Assembly (NCBI GenBank): GCA_051362555.1
Contig: CM120645.1
Span: 13,268,001 to 13,332,000 of the forward strand
From: Lingula anatina
Taxonomy: Eukaryota; Animalia; Brachiopoda
DNA: 64,000 nt
Direction: 5' to 3'
Positions 47,208 to 60,700 of the stretch are shown piece by piece. Both the position numbers and the translations under genes were made by a program. Numbering within the stretch: position 1 is the stretch's first letter; each line of letters begins with the position of its first letter. The notes under the pieces were generated by a model. It was not told where the DNA came from. It worked only from the letters and a program-made list of their open reading frames with translations, and searched no databases.

Positions 47208-49516
47208 GAGTATGATCTTTCCTTCATAAAATAACATATTGATACATAGCTGCTGATGGAAACAGTAACGAACTAGAGTCAATAAAATTGTCCAATTTTT
47301 TTATCCGTTGGCATTAAACGGGGGACACAGCAGAGATATAGAAAAACGTGGAGTGGACCATGCTTCACGTAAGGTTTGTCAAAATGAGGAGAAATCTCAT
47401 AAACCCTGCTTTTCTTATGCCGTTCTGTATGAAAATATTCATCTGCTTTTTCACATACAACACGCTTTCTCTAACCCAATGACTGACAGTGGTCAGTTTA
47501 ATTAAAAAAATAAAAAATAAATAATAATAATAATAATAATGAAATAAAATAAATAAATTGTGTATATACCTGTATCATAACTCATGTTGCCAGGGTCAGA
47601 AGTATTACCGTTTCCAATTGCCAGGTGTAGTGAAAGGCTGAAAATACCCACTTCCTCTGCCATCGTTATCTTCCATTAACATTAAACACACACTTTATTG
47701 AAATTTTGCTTGCTAACATGCCAATGACACCTGGCGAGTATAATTTAACATTTTTATTATCTTAATCATATATGTATATAGAAAAATATTAAAAAGGGGT
47801 AATTTTATTAATAGTGTAAACAAACGAATTTTCAAACCTTTGCAATTGAAAAATTATTCATGAATGAGATACTTTTCGTTCATAAAATAACGTGGTTAAT
47901 ATTTAGCTCCAGTCAACGTGTCTAATTTTGGTCATTATGCTGGTACGTGTAAATCTTGGATTCATCCGAGTATCATACTAGCTTATTTTTATAGCCCCTT
48001 TTTTCAGCATGAGGGGGGCATTAAAGTCAACTGACACCTCCTTCTAATGTAATAATCCTGGTTCCGTCCCTGATGTCCATATAGGCCCTTTTCAGTAGAT
48101 TATCCATTTATTTATTACTTTAGTACAAGTAGGCCTACATCTGTACACTGAGTAGCCTATGACTTGACAAAAAACTACATTTTATAGCTATCGTTTTAAA
48201 ACTACAGGGCACTTTGCTTACCCAGACTGATATTCTGAAAATAATAGGCCTACGACAAAATACTGTAATAAGAACTCGTATATATGCGTGTCAATTAACT
48301 ACATAAATCATCAAGGGATCACCACCAAAATGTAACTGATTCTTAAGTAGTCCATTTTTAATTTATCCTGAAAATTTCATTAAAATTCACCCAGAACTTT
48401 TTGAGTTAAACTGTTTACTATATGGCAGAGGTAGTGTTACTTATAGCTCGAGAGGACAGCATGTCTTGGGTCTCTCGAGGTACGCTTCTCTGTAGGAGCC
48501 AGCCATATAGCAGGATAATGACGGAGTCCACGAAAACCTTGAATTTTTTCAAAATATGTCCCAAAGATATAACCGATGCACGTAAGTTTTCATGTGTATT
48601 TCAATTTGGGTACCTTTCGTTCATTACGGATAATTATTGAACGCCTGATTAACCTTGCCGTGACATACCAAGATATTTTTGTCGTCAGCGTCCCAATGTT
48701 TACATCTCAGTGTGCTTAAGCCTCCGTTACTGTACACTGGGCGTCTTTTCTGCGTCCTGTAGTATGGTCCCATTTGAGAGTAAAATGATAATAATAATGA
48801 TAATAATTTACGTGCAGACAACTGGTCGATCATTGAGCATTTATTCTACAAGGAAAGCTCCTTTCAAAGACCACAGCGGTGCCAGTATTCATTGGTCGCA
48901 CAATGGACGCCGTCCAGAGTAAAGGGAGGTTCACGGCGACAGTGATTCTTCCAGACAAATTCAGCAGAATTCTCTTAACCCCTTACTTGTTTTGTCTTTA
49001 TTTTTGGAAGTCGATTTTTTCTCTCTATCGACAATAGTGACAGATAGCTAGACTACAAGACACAATACCTTGATAGGAATCGTATCCAATACCAGAATGA
49101 CAAGGAAAGCATACTAGTATGACATCCGCAGTTTGTCTGTATTACCTCAATTTACCTGTCTTTCCTTGTCCTTCTGTATCATTCTGTTATTTAGTATGAC
49201 GGCCTTAATTTGGTAGCTACATGTACATGTATATAGTGAGAAATCCTATTGCACATAATTAAATATACTTAGATATAATACTCATGTGTCTTTCTCGGTG
49301 TTCGAAATTAATGCCGGACCGTCTGCCCAGGGTCAGCAACTTTAAGAAGGGCCAAGAAGTTTTCCCTCCCGGCAGACATTCAGTCCAGCTACTTTTCAAG
49401 ATGAATGGACCTTCAGTCCAGCAACTAATTTTCCTTAGAGTCAAACAGTTACACTGGTCTTTCTTATTCTAATACTAAAATATTCTTTATATGTTTTTGA
49501 TTAATTATTTTTCTAG

Positions 49517-52500
49517 CATTCACACGGGAATACCTGGCACCTCGTAGCGGGCACCGAGTGGTGGCCGATGACAGCAATCTCTACTGTATAGGAGGCTATA
49601 ACCCTGCTTTCTGGGAAGTAGAAAACTCAGATGAAACTTATTATCCACTTTTTAGGGAGGTAAGTAAGGTAGTTCAGTGTCAGATATTAGTTATTTAGTA
49701 CTGAAGAGTATAAGAGGGTTGTTTAACTGTGTTTGAAGTTGAAGCTTGAAATGCATGTTTGCAAGTAATCAAAGATCCCTTAAGATTATGTCTGAAATAA
49801 GTGATAAAAGTGATAAAAGTGAAGTGATAAAATGCATTTTTAAGAAAAAATCTCAACTCTGAGTATGTTGTAGATCTCATCTACAAGCTTCATCAGTTTC
49901 ATGATAATATTGTTTTGTTGTTTAATTTCCAGATCTGGAAATTTAATTTTGCCTCCCAAAAATGGACCAAACTGAAAACACATGGAAGCATGCCCAGGGA
50001 AATGGCTTCACATACTGGTGGGTTATAAATATTTTGAGTAGTAGCATCAATTGCTTGAAACTTGGCGTGTATCTTTGGACAGTCACATTATATTTGTTAA
50101 TTTTAGAAGCAATTTATGTGTTGAACCTTTTTCATATTGCTTAAGATTGCTGTCTTTTACACTTACAGCGTTAATGCCATCCAAGCACTCCATCCTGGTA
50201 TTTGGCGGCACAGGGATCCCGTTCGGAGATCAAAGTAGCAATCGCCTTCACCATTGTAACCTCAGGACTCTAGAGTGGAGGGAGATTGAGTGCACGGGAG
50301 TGCTGCCACAGAGAATATATGGACATGTGAGTTTGGGGGGGGGGGGGGGGGTTGATTGCCAGTGGGGTCACATTAAATATCATGGTTAAGAAAATTTTGC
50401 CTGCTGACTTTGATCCAAATACTTGGGTTCATTTCAGGGAGTCAGTCAATTTGGTCAATACTGCATATCTTAGAACAAGGAGAACTAATGTTAAAATGCT
50501 TTGGGTATAAATTTTGATCTGGGAATATGAATGTTTGTGGTAAAGACATCCCTACTCCCCCAGTTTGAAATAGCTGGCTACTGGCCTGCTTGATATCTTT
50601 ATTACATATTTATCAGTTGAATTATTTTTCTTTTTCAGAGTATGATAATAATCCGTGACTATCTGTATGTGTTTGGTGGTACAACAGGTTTTGTATACAA
50701 CAATGAACTCCATAGGTTAAACCTCCAGAACTTTGTGTGGGAGAAAATAGAATCCGATCAGAAGGTAGAACCTGATGTCAGGTGAGTGTTTGCATGATTA
50801 TTGTATTGCATTGCATTGTTTAGTATCGTATTATATCGTATCATATTGCTATTGTATTGTATTGTTTTATTTTGTAAATTTTTCAACTTTTTCACTAAAT
50901 GACAGTCTCATCCCTTTGTTTTGTATTATATTGTATTGTATAAAATAAAATAAAATTACAATTTTTGAATTATGATTGTTACTATTATTGTGATAAAATC
51001 CATACTTTCTTATCTATTTGTGACAGTGATTGTAATATTCCAGCAAGACTTCAAAGGCACTCCTAATTTTTAATATTGCAATATGGTACTCAGTTTTTAT
51101 ACAAATGTAAAGTGTAGTTTGTAAGAAATTATTATAATAATCATTATTATGTTCCATGTGACTTCAGATACAGACAAGAAGTAGGAACAGATGGGAGACA
51201 TCTGATTTTATTTGGAGGAGGAATAGATCCACATATTGCATATGGATTTGAAAAGGTATCTCTTTCCTGTGGCTTTATTAATTTTTGCCCTTTAAGGACT
51301 TACATTCTTTGATAACCATAATGGTATTCCAATTTCACTGGATTTCCCTGAAGTCTAAAATGTGATAGAATTTAATGGAAAATGTTAGAGACAATTCTGA
51401 TGAACTTGTTTCTTTTCAAAGTAATATAAAAAAATCTGTGAATTTTTTTTCAGATGCACATGTTTGATACAGAAGAATTGAAATGGAAATTGCAGCCTAC
51501 TTATCCAGATAGCACACATGGTATGAAACATATTTTCAATTTCAATTTATGCAATCCAGAAAGTTGTTATTTGAGTTTTTTCTTTATATTTTTTATTAAA
51601 ATCTATAATCAAGTCAGTGTCTTCAGCTTTCCAGCCCGCTCTATGGAAACTTCAATGGGTTTACCTCATTGAACTTCTAGACTGAAGATAGTCTCTGAAT
51701 GATGGAAAATGATAATGTTAATTCATTTTATGAATAAAGTTACTAAGATATCCAATCATTAGATAGAAGTGGTAAGTGAAATTCCACTTTCCATCAACCA
51801 TATGCCTTACTAATGATAATGTTTATTCAACCATTGGATATCCATATATATATAAATTGTTTTACCTTAGACTTGTGGTTAAAATGTTATGCTGATTTTC
51901 CAAGTCAAATCCATTTTATTTCTTTTTTCCCCCCACTCCAGGTCACCCTCCAGCCAGAAGATGTCATAGCTGTGTACAGCTGCAGACAGGTAAGACTGGG
52001 GTGGGGTGGGGTGGGGGGGGGGGCAGTGGCTTGTCTTGTGTCCTATTACCATCTAGTAGAGACAATGTGAACTAAACCTTTTGAGATAATGAAAATTAAA
52101 TGACTTCTTAAAATTATAACAAATATTACATCTGTTTAAAGTGTGAATATTTAAAGTTTTTTTCATGAATCACAAAAATGTAGTCATAGATCACATAAGT
52201 GTGATAATAGTTGTGTGATAATACATGTAAATGTGACAACTCTTTTAAATTCTCTGTTCACAGATGTGTACATGTGTGGAGGCTATGATTCTCAGACAGT
52301 GTTTGGAGATGTGTGGAGGCTGGATACTCTGAAGCTCCAGTGGACCAAGCTGTCAACAGAAATGCCCAAACCAGCTTACTTCCACTCTGCAGCAGTTACA
52401 CCTGTAAAGAAATCTTTTTATAATCATTTTTCATTATTTTCTTCATTAGCTTGTTTCCCAGACTGTCTTACCTGTAACTGAACTCTTACTTTGCTAAAGT

Positions 52501-53183
52501 AAATTTTCTGAATCTTAAAGAAGTCTTTGTAAAAATCGTTTCTAATTATTAAAACAATGATTTATTAGCTTGTTTTCCAGTCTGTCTAACCTGTAACTGA
52601 ACTCTTATGTGCAAAAGTAAACTTCCTGAATCTTTGAGAAATTTTTAACTGGTTATGACCATTTTCATGCATGAAATTTAAAGATGTAACTGTCAGAAAA
52701 TGCATTTTTACTTTAATTTTTAGTACTTGTTACTGATGATTGAAACTGAATATATGACGTTTCCTAAAATTTAATTTTCATCATTGGTTGGCGAATGGTA
52801 TAAAGAAAATGATGATAAATTATTTTAATAATATGACAGGAAGGACTGACAATTACCAGGTACAAGGCAATAAAAAACAGCAAATTTGTACACATAGTAT
52901 TCAACTCTGTTGATTTATTTAGTAGAACTTCCATTTCTATTATTTATGTGAATTCTACATATTTTATTTTATAGTACCCATTTTCATTGAGTTGAGGTGC
53001 TGCCTTATTAGGCAGGGTGGCCAGGCCCTGGTTTCACAAAAAACTTAAGTCAGGTCCCCTGGCTAAGAACTAAATCACCAAGGTTACATGGTTAAATGGT
53101 CACATCTTACCCTATCAGGAGCAGTGTAACAGCACTCTCATGAAAATCCTAGTCAACTAGGCCAGGGAACTGACTTAAGTTTT

Positions 53184-53218
<35 letters not shown>

Positions 53219-53529
53219 TTTTATTTTACTATTATTATTTTTTTTTTTTGTGAAACTGGGGCCAGGACTGCATAATTACCTGTATTCAATATCTTTTCCA
53301 GTGTGGTCTAATGTGTGTCCAGGGCGGAGTAGTCCACATCAACCACAACGAGCGGACGTCGGAGGTGTATTGTGTATGGCTGAAGATGCCCAGCCTGGCA
53401 GAACAGTGCTGGCAGACTATTATCAAGACAATACCTAATATTGACACTATGGACAGAAGTGAACTCCTAGAACTGGGAATTCCTCAGAAATATGTGGACA
53501 GGATTGATGGGACTCCCACTGCTGCTTAG
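49517..53529 (+). CDS. KLHDC10: Kelch domain-containing protein 10 homolog; first coding exon uncertain (candidate ATG at 48903)
   Basis: Exons 49517-49659, 49933-50017, 50169-50326, 50639-50781, 51168-51255, 51454-51520, 51942-51989, 52264-52403, 53302-53529. Peptides PRSGHRVVADDSNLYCIGGYNP...YPLFRE, MPREMAS, LVFGGTGIPFG, YVFGGTTG, PPARRCHSCVQ, YFHSAAVTP and a C-terminal PSLAEQCW BC-box-like motif match KLHDC10. Confidence 0.92.
53024..53263. mobile_element. MITE with ~40-bp TIRs in last KLHDC10 intron; right TIR interrupted by (TTTA)n
   Basis: ggccctggtttcacaaaaaacttaagtcaggtcccctggc versus gccagggaactgacttaagtttttt[(ttta)n]gtgaaactggggcc. Confidence 0.7.
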
Positions 53530-54278
53530 TACTGGGAGCCGGGTGAAGGACGAGGGGGCAGAGGCAGGGGAAGGAAAAAAATCATCCTCAAACCAGTAAA
53601 ATAATTTTGCCATGACTTACTGGTTGTCAGCTTTCTACACCACATTTTCAGCATCAAGATGGAGAAGTCTTGTTTACATAAATTGCAAATGGTTAGGAAG
53701 CAGTAATATTTTAAATTATTCAGCCTATTTTTTTACATACATATAATTTACCCACCATCTCTGGACTAGTACTTTCAAACAGTGATTGTGCCAAAAAGTG
53801 AGTGGCCAGTAGTGCAGTTCATTGTGTTTGTAATTCTGTTGTTTCATCATAATCACTGTGTTGATTTTGTTTACAAAATAATTAGATTAGATTGAAAATG
53901 TACCTTTTAAGATCAACTATAATTTTACGTATAAAACACCCAAAAGGGCACTGATAGGGAGCATTATACCTATTATTGTTGACCTTAAGAGATGCATTTT
54001 CAATCTAATTCATGTCTGTTGATGTGTTGTAAACAGTAGAGAAACACTGAACAATAACTCACAATAACTTTCATCATTGCTTCAAAAGTGAAAACATGAA
54101 GGGTATATGTTTTAAGTTGGCAATCCTACCAAACAAATGAAAAGGTAGAATATTAAGGTTTTGATAGCCTTGCCCACAGTTTTCTATCCATTGAAGGTAT
54201 TATGCTACTATTTCCTAATGTCTGATTATTTTCTGACCTGCACCCTCCTTTTCTGGTTCTGTCCCTGGGGAGAAATTA

Positions 54279-54454
54279 GGCCACATTCAGAACAGTGGAC
54301 TAACTAGTCCATGGGTCAAATATGGAGACCTACTAAGAAGTTTGCCATCTAATCCGCTTATATACACTGAATAGATTCCCCGTGGGGAGGTATTCAAGTG
54401 GGTCGGCCATATTTGATCCTCGGACTAGTTAGTCCACTGTTCTGAATGCAGACT
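54279..54454. mobile_element. Foldback MITE (Harbinger-like termini, tentative)
   Basis: cattcagaacagtggactaactagtcc is a perfect inverse of ggactagttagtccactgttctgaatg, extended by imperfect pairing inward. Confidence 0.75.
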
Positions 54455-56651
54455 TCATGTTATACCTGTGCAATCAGGCATGTTACGTGGCACACTTTTA
54501 TCTAGCACAAAGAGGTTGTATTTAACGACCATCACAATAATTTTAGTGTCTTTTGTTTCACCCTTTGTTTACAGATTGTTAAATGTTTACTGTTTGAAAC
54601 TTGTTGCAAGGTGGTCATCTGCAATACATTACCTAGTGTATCAAAAACAATTTGAAGGTTTTAGTAAAGGCCACATTTAGAAAGTGCCCAATTTTGTTTG
54701 GGCCATCCTTCAAAGCTGTTCTCTTATGTGTAGATTAAATGAGAAGTGAACACCATTGACCATTGATAAGAAACTGCATCAAAACTAAATGAGTCAACAC
54801 TTATTGGTGTTTTGTTTTTAATAATGTGACCTACTAGCTACTGCACCAGTTATAACTTTGAGCTGCAAAATGAGTTATTAACTTCCACAACTGTCCAGTG
54901 CCAACAATGTTGCAAAATGGGAAATGACAGCTTGAGATTAATCCTGATTTGATCATTTTTATTATGTTTTACAGTTTGCGACTGGTAAAGGATTTTGAAC
55001 TAGACAAGTATACTTCTCATATTTGTTTTTGATGATTGGCAAATATGCCATTTGTACCTGTAAATGACCATTTGGTTGATATACGGTAAGGTGTTACAGC
55101 AACTTTGTAGCCTTAGCCTTATAACATACCTAATTTTGACTCTCTCATATCAATAGAGTAGACAACCTGCCAAATATACTTAATATTGTGAAAATTATCA
55201 TATGGGTATTTATTCTTTTAAAGATACTTTTCAGCAGGTAATGAAGTTTTTCACATGCCATTATTTACAGGCAAGTTATTGAACACCTTATTACATTTAG
55301 AATATAATGTATTCTTATGGAAATAAGAAATTATGTTTTTGCCAAAACCTTACGTATCTCACTTAATCGGCTCATTTTTCACCTTTCACCACATTTTCTT
55401 TCAATCCCTTTCTTCTTTGATTCAGGTAAATTAAGTTCATTTTAAAGACGAGTCCAAAGAGGCAAATATTATGAAACAGCAATTACAAATATTAAATGCA
55501 TTTATTATTTATATATTTGTATGATAAAAATGGCATCTTTTCACTTGAATGTCATAAGGCCAGAAAAAAGCCATGTCAGAGTACTTACAATGTACATACA
55601 GTATCCAGCACAGAGAGACATTAAAATTGGTTATTTGACAATACACATGAAATTCACTACTTTTTACATGAACATAAATTATATAATTCTCGAGAATTCT
55701 CTGTATGTCACTAGGCGAACAATGGACAGATCTTTGCAAAAAATTTTTAATAAATATTATGACAGGAAAAATTTAAAAAAAAAAAAAAGTACAGGCGCGC
55801 ATCTTCTATAGATTGTTAATCTGTTTTTCAAATGCCATATTCATCAATAATTCTGCCTTTTTTTATACAGATCCAGAAACATTTAGCATCTTGCTGAGGG
55901 AAAAACATATCTAAACACTAACCAAATCTGTGTATAAAATGTTAAGTGTAATGAAAAATATATGAACTTTCGAGAAAAAATTGTAAATGATATCTCTCTG
56001 TATCAAAAGTTGAATACTATCAGTGCATTTTAGAAAATGGATTTCTCTATTCCTTTCAGTTGAATATCATTAAGTCAACACTGGAAGAACCAAGTACCCA
56101 AATATATTGCACTCAGCTTTATATGGTTGGATTGCAAATGCTTTCCATTTTAGGATGGAATTCCATCTAGTTTAACATTCTTTGAGATTAACTGAAGGAA
56201 CTGATATTAAACTAATTTATGACAATCTCACTCCAGTAAATTATAATAAAGAAAAGATGGAATATAAAGTATAAAATTCTATACAAACCAGATGAGAATA
56301 TAAGTAAGAAATATAAGCAAACCAGTTACCCCAAACAATTGCCTTCCTATAATATGACTAAAAGGCACTGATAACATAGAAAAAAACTAAAAAAATGTTA
56401 ACTCCAGAATCTTGCAGCATGCCCTCACCCTCTACCTTACACTTGTGCACTGTAGAAGAGACCTAAGACTGGTATTCAAATTCTTTCCTCCCAAAACTGG
56501 GTTCTCGAAGTCTGCAAAACCTGATCTCATATCCAGTAACCCGCTGAAAACAATCTCAAATTATGCAACCGGAAGGCGAACACCTTAATAGCATGGCCCA
56601 CAATAATCACGATACCCTAATAGCTTAGAGATTACATGCCTGCGATCCCCA

Positions 56652-57237
56652 TTACAAACTGACAGAGGAGTAAGAAGTGGAAGGTGCTGCATGCTTTAAA
56701 AAAGGCTCGGTGATTGCCCTTTTAAAACCGTCTCTGTTCCAGCCATACACGAGGGAATTAAAGAAACCCTGCAGGGGTGCTGTCAGACCCTGGAACAGAG
56801 CAAATAATTAAATATAACAATTTTTTGAACTCTTACAAAATGTACAATACTGTGAATCCTTTCAATAAAGAATTTTAATTAGAAAAAAATATTTTCTCAA
56901 AAGATAATTTTCACAGACTTACCTGTAACACATACAGCCAAAAATATTGGTTCATGTCGAACTTGCTGGAGATTGAAAACACACCAAGGACAAGTGCTGG
57001 AAATAGAAAAATAAAGACCTGCTCACACAAGACTACATTTAGACCGAATGCTGGACAAGCTTGTGTTATCAAACAGCTAGACCCTATACATCCTAAATCA
57101 GCTAAAAGAATGGCTGTTGTCTGAATAGTGAATTAGAGAAACACAACTGCTATGGTTAAAAATGCCTTATAAGCAAACGACAGCAAATTTCTTATCTTTT
57201 TACATCAGATCAAAAAGACACCTCAAAACGTAAATGT

Positions 57238-57283
<46 letters not shown>

Positions 57284-57710
57284 CGCTAATTTCCCAAACA
57301 TTATTTACCTCCTAATATCAAGTAAATCTATTAACTCTTACTAAGGTAAAATCTTGAAAATAAAGTCCATCTTGAAAATATCTGAATACAAAAGTAAAAT
57401 ATGGGTAAATGCATCAGTAAATGATCTACTTACAAGGTATCCAACAGAAGAAAAAGACCAGCTGGTACCTCATGGCCTTCACCTTGACCTGTCTCTCCAC
57501 TTTATGCTGCTGGTAGCTCAGAACACCTGAAAGTCACATAAAGACACAGAAAGCTGTTGTTTGGAAATGGAAAAAAAAAAAAAAAACAGATAAAAATAAT
57601 AATTATTATTATTATAATTTTTTCTTTTTGAATATGAGGCAGTGAAATCTTCTCTTTATTTCCCTTTTATACTTAAGTCCAAATAATCCTTTGTACATAA
57701 ATGTGGTTAT

Positions 57711-57752
<42 letters not shown>

Positions 57753-60700
57753 GAGAGGGGGAGGGGGGAGGAACGTGTAAAATGAAGCCCTCAGATATGT
57801 GTAAGGGTTTTTTACTCACCTCTTGTCATCTGAATCTTTCTGAATGCTCTGATAATTAAGACATAGATAACCTGGAACATAAATGCTATCTATACTCGGC
57901 ATCAAATAAAGACAATAAAAAGATACAATAAAGCAACAAATATGAAAACAAACTTTACATGCCAATCAACAGATGGCCAGATGAAATGGAGAACTAAGGA
58001 TGTGAATAAGTATGTATACATCTATTTAGTTATATAACCTAAGGCATTGGTCAACTCATATTCAAAAACTTCCCCCTCCCCCACCTGAAAACTTTTCAAC
58101 TGCATACTTACAAAGTTGACCAGCATGGTCAGTGTTAGAGGACCTAAAAATAAATACTTCATAGCTTTCTCCCAACCTTCTACATCTGTTTTCTGGCTCT
58201 AGAATATAATAAAAAAATATATCTAAATTAATCACCAAAATCATCACTAACAATTGCATGGGCCGACCATCAAGCTTTACATGTGCATCAATGCCTTTTA
58301 AAATTCTTTAAATTTTTTTTTATATATAAAACAGTTTAGCTTTACTTGTATTATAGACCTGAATTTTTACTTACCATGCAAAGGTCATCATTATAGTGGA
58401 ACAGAGGCAGACACCTTAAACAATCAGAAAAACATTCAAAGAAGTTACGAAAAAAAATCATTACTGGTAAGGGCAGATTAATCGGGTTTTGGGGTTCCTC
58501 AGAAGACAACTTTAATGTGTTTTCTAATTGCAAAATGTGTGACTAGATTTTTAAATTGATTTCTAAAGACTGCCATTCTGCATAAATTTGCAAATAGTCC
58601 TGTAAGACTTAATATTAGGGTGCCTTCATAATAACTCTATTCTGCTAGCTAGTGCACACTAACTCCACAGGGACTGTTGCTGAACGCATTGCCATTAACA
58701 CGCCTCTTGTTTCCAACCCACCCGTATAATCACCAGCTTTTCTGTACACTACTCAATGCCAGGAGGAGGAGTGTTAATCTGCTTATTTGTATAGATCACA
58801 GTAGTATAAGAGAGCTAAAGGTAATTTGCAAACCAAATTTTCTTTGTATTTCCTAATACTTACACCCTGCCTCCAAGGGCAATTTCAAAGACCAATTACT
58901 CTATTGATTTTACCTATATTAAAATGAAAATTCTGATTCATCTAGTCACATGATGATTGCAATACCACCAGCAGTGCCACCTGTAGTGACAGTTCCTTAC
59001 AGATGTCCTTGGGATGAAGATGAAACATCAGAATCTCTGTAAAAATATCTGGCAGATCTAAGTGAGTATACAGTACTAGAGTTAACAATTTTGCTTTTGA
59101 TTTAGCCAATACTTACGCCTCACACCCTGTGGCTGGAGGTAAAATTGCTTTTGATTAAGCCAATATACTTACACCTCACACCCTGTGGCTGGAGGTAAAA
59201 TTGCTTTTGATTAAGCCAATATACTTACACCTCACACCCTGTGGCTGGAGGTAAAATTGCTTTTGATTAAGCCAATATACTTACGCCTCACACCCTGTGG
59301 CTGGAGGTAAAATAGAATACCAGTCATCCTCTTCCCTTCTTGTCACTAACATGAATGCAAAGGCAACCAAGAGGGGAACAGCCCTGAGACAGACAGTGTA
59401 TCAGAATTAGGGCCCACAAAAACAGAGTAATTTCACTTAAAAAGTAGAGAATGTGAGATGAATTCAGAAATAAATCGATTCATTTGCCACAGAGAACAGA
59501 GTTCAGACATTTGCACACACTGCCATTGCAACAAAAGCACACATAAAAGATTAATTAATTTAGTAAATCTTAATTCTAACAATGGATAGTGACAATGCAT
59601 CCTATAATGTAACAGTTATATCTGTTTAAAAAGTGAAATCTTAAAATTACAATAAACAGTAAACAATCACTTACCAAGACATTATGTACAAAGGATGCAG
59701 TACGTTACACTGAAAGATTAAATAAAGCCAAATGTAAAGGTAATACAGCAGAATCATTGGTGTCTTTATGTCAATTTAAATATTACTTGAAAATTTATCA
59801 TGTAAAATGCATTTCAACCTGTATGCCAATACAAATTTTAATAATTTTCAAGACAATTGATATCTATTTAGTCATTTCTCAACCTTCTTCCATGTTCTTC
59901 TTATCTTTGTAGTGTACTGAATCCATTATATGGACAAAAAAAAGTTATAAATTAATCTCATATTTCTCATGTGAAACTCACTTTCTTTCTAGCTTTTCTT
60001 CCTGTCGAATTTTCCCTAGCACTTAACTCTCGCTTCATCTTGTTATAAACTTCAACCGCATACGTCATAGTCAATAAAAATGTTATTATATAAAAACACT
60101 GAAAAGAAAATTAATTTTAGAATTACAATGGGCAAATAACATGCCAAACTTTTTCACAACTTGTTAAAATGGAATTTTCTCCATTTTGGTTTTTATTTAT
60201 TTTAAAAAGCAAACAACGATGTTTTCATTTCATCTTGACAACAAGCAGTTCTTTTTGCTCAAGGTTTATGATAGCTGAACCATCATGGAAAACCACATGT
60301 TGACCTTAGATAAATATGTGCTTTATGTCCAAGTGAACTCTGTTGAAATGTGAGTAAATGTGCTAAGTGTAACTACCCTGAATAAAAACATCTTGAGTAA
60401 TACAAACAAAGATACTCTTTTACTGTGTTAGGTATGACTGGCTTAAATAAGGCTAAACAGCGGGCAAAGTGTATTTGTGTTAGATGGACAAATATCACAT
60501 CAAGATGCATTGCAAGAGTATGTTCAGTATACCATGTAGAACATATACATTTCATGAATGAGCCAGGCCAAGAGTTGTGTGAAAATGAGTCTTCACTTAA
60601 TCCCCCCCCCTTTAAATTAAGTTAATTATTATTATAAGGTGTGAGAGTATGATTCACTTGTGTATCTATGTACTTTTTTACGTTCTCTAAACTGTATCAC

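Noticed and set aside
52444-52635. ~75-bp direct duplication (spacing ~119 bp) in a KLHDC10 intron
   Set aside because: Purely intronic, does not include the splice donor; no evident consequence.
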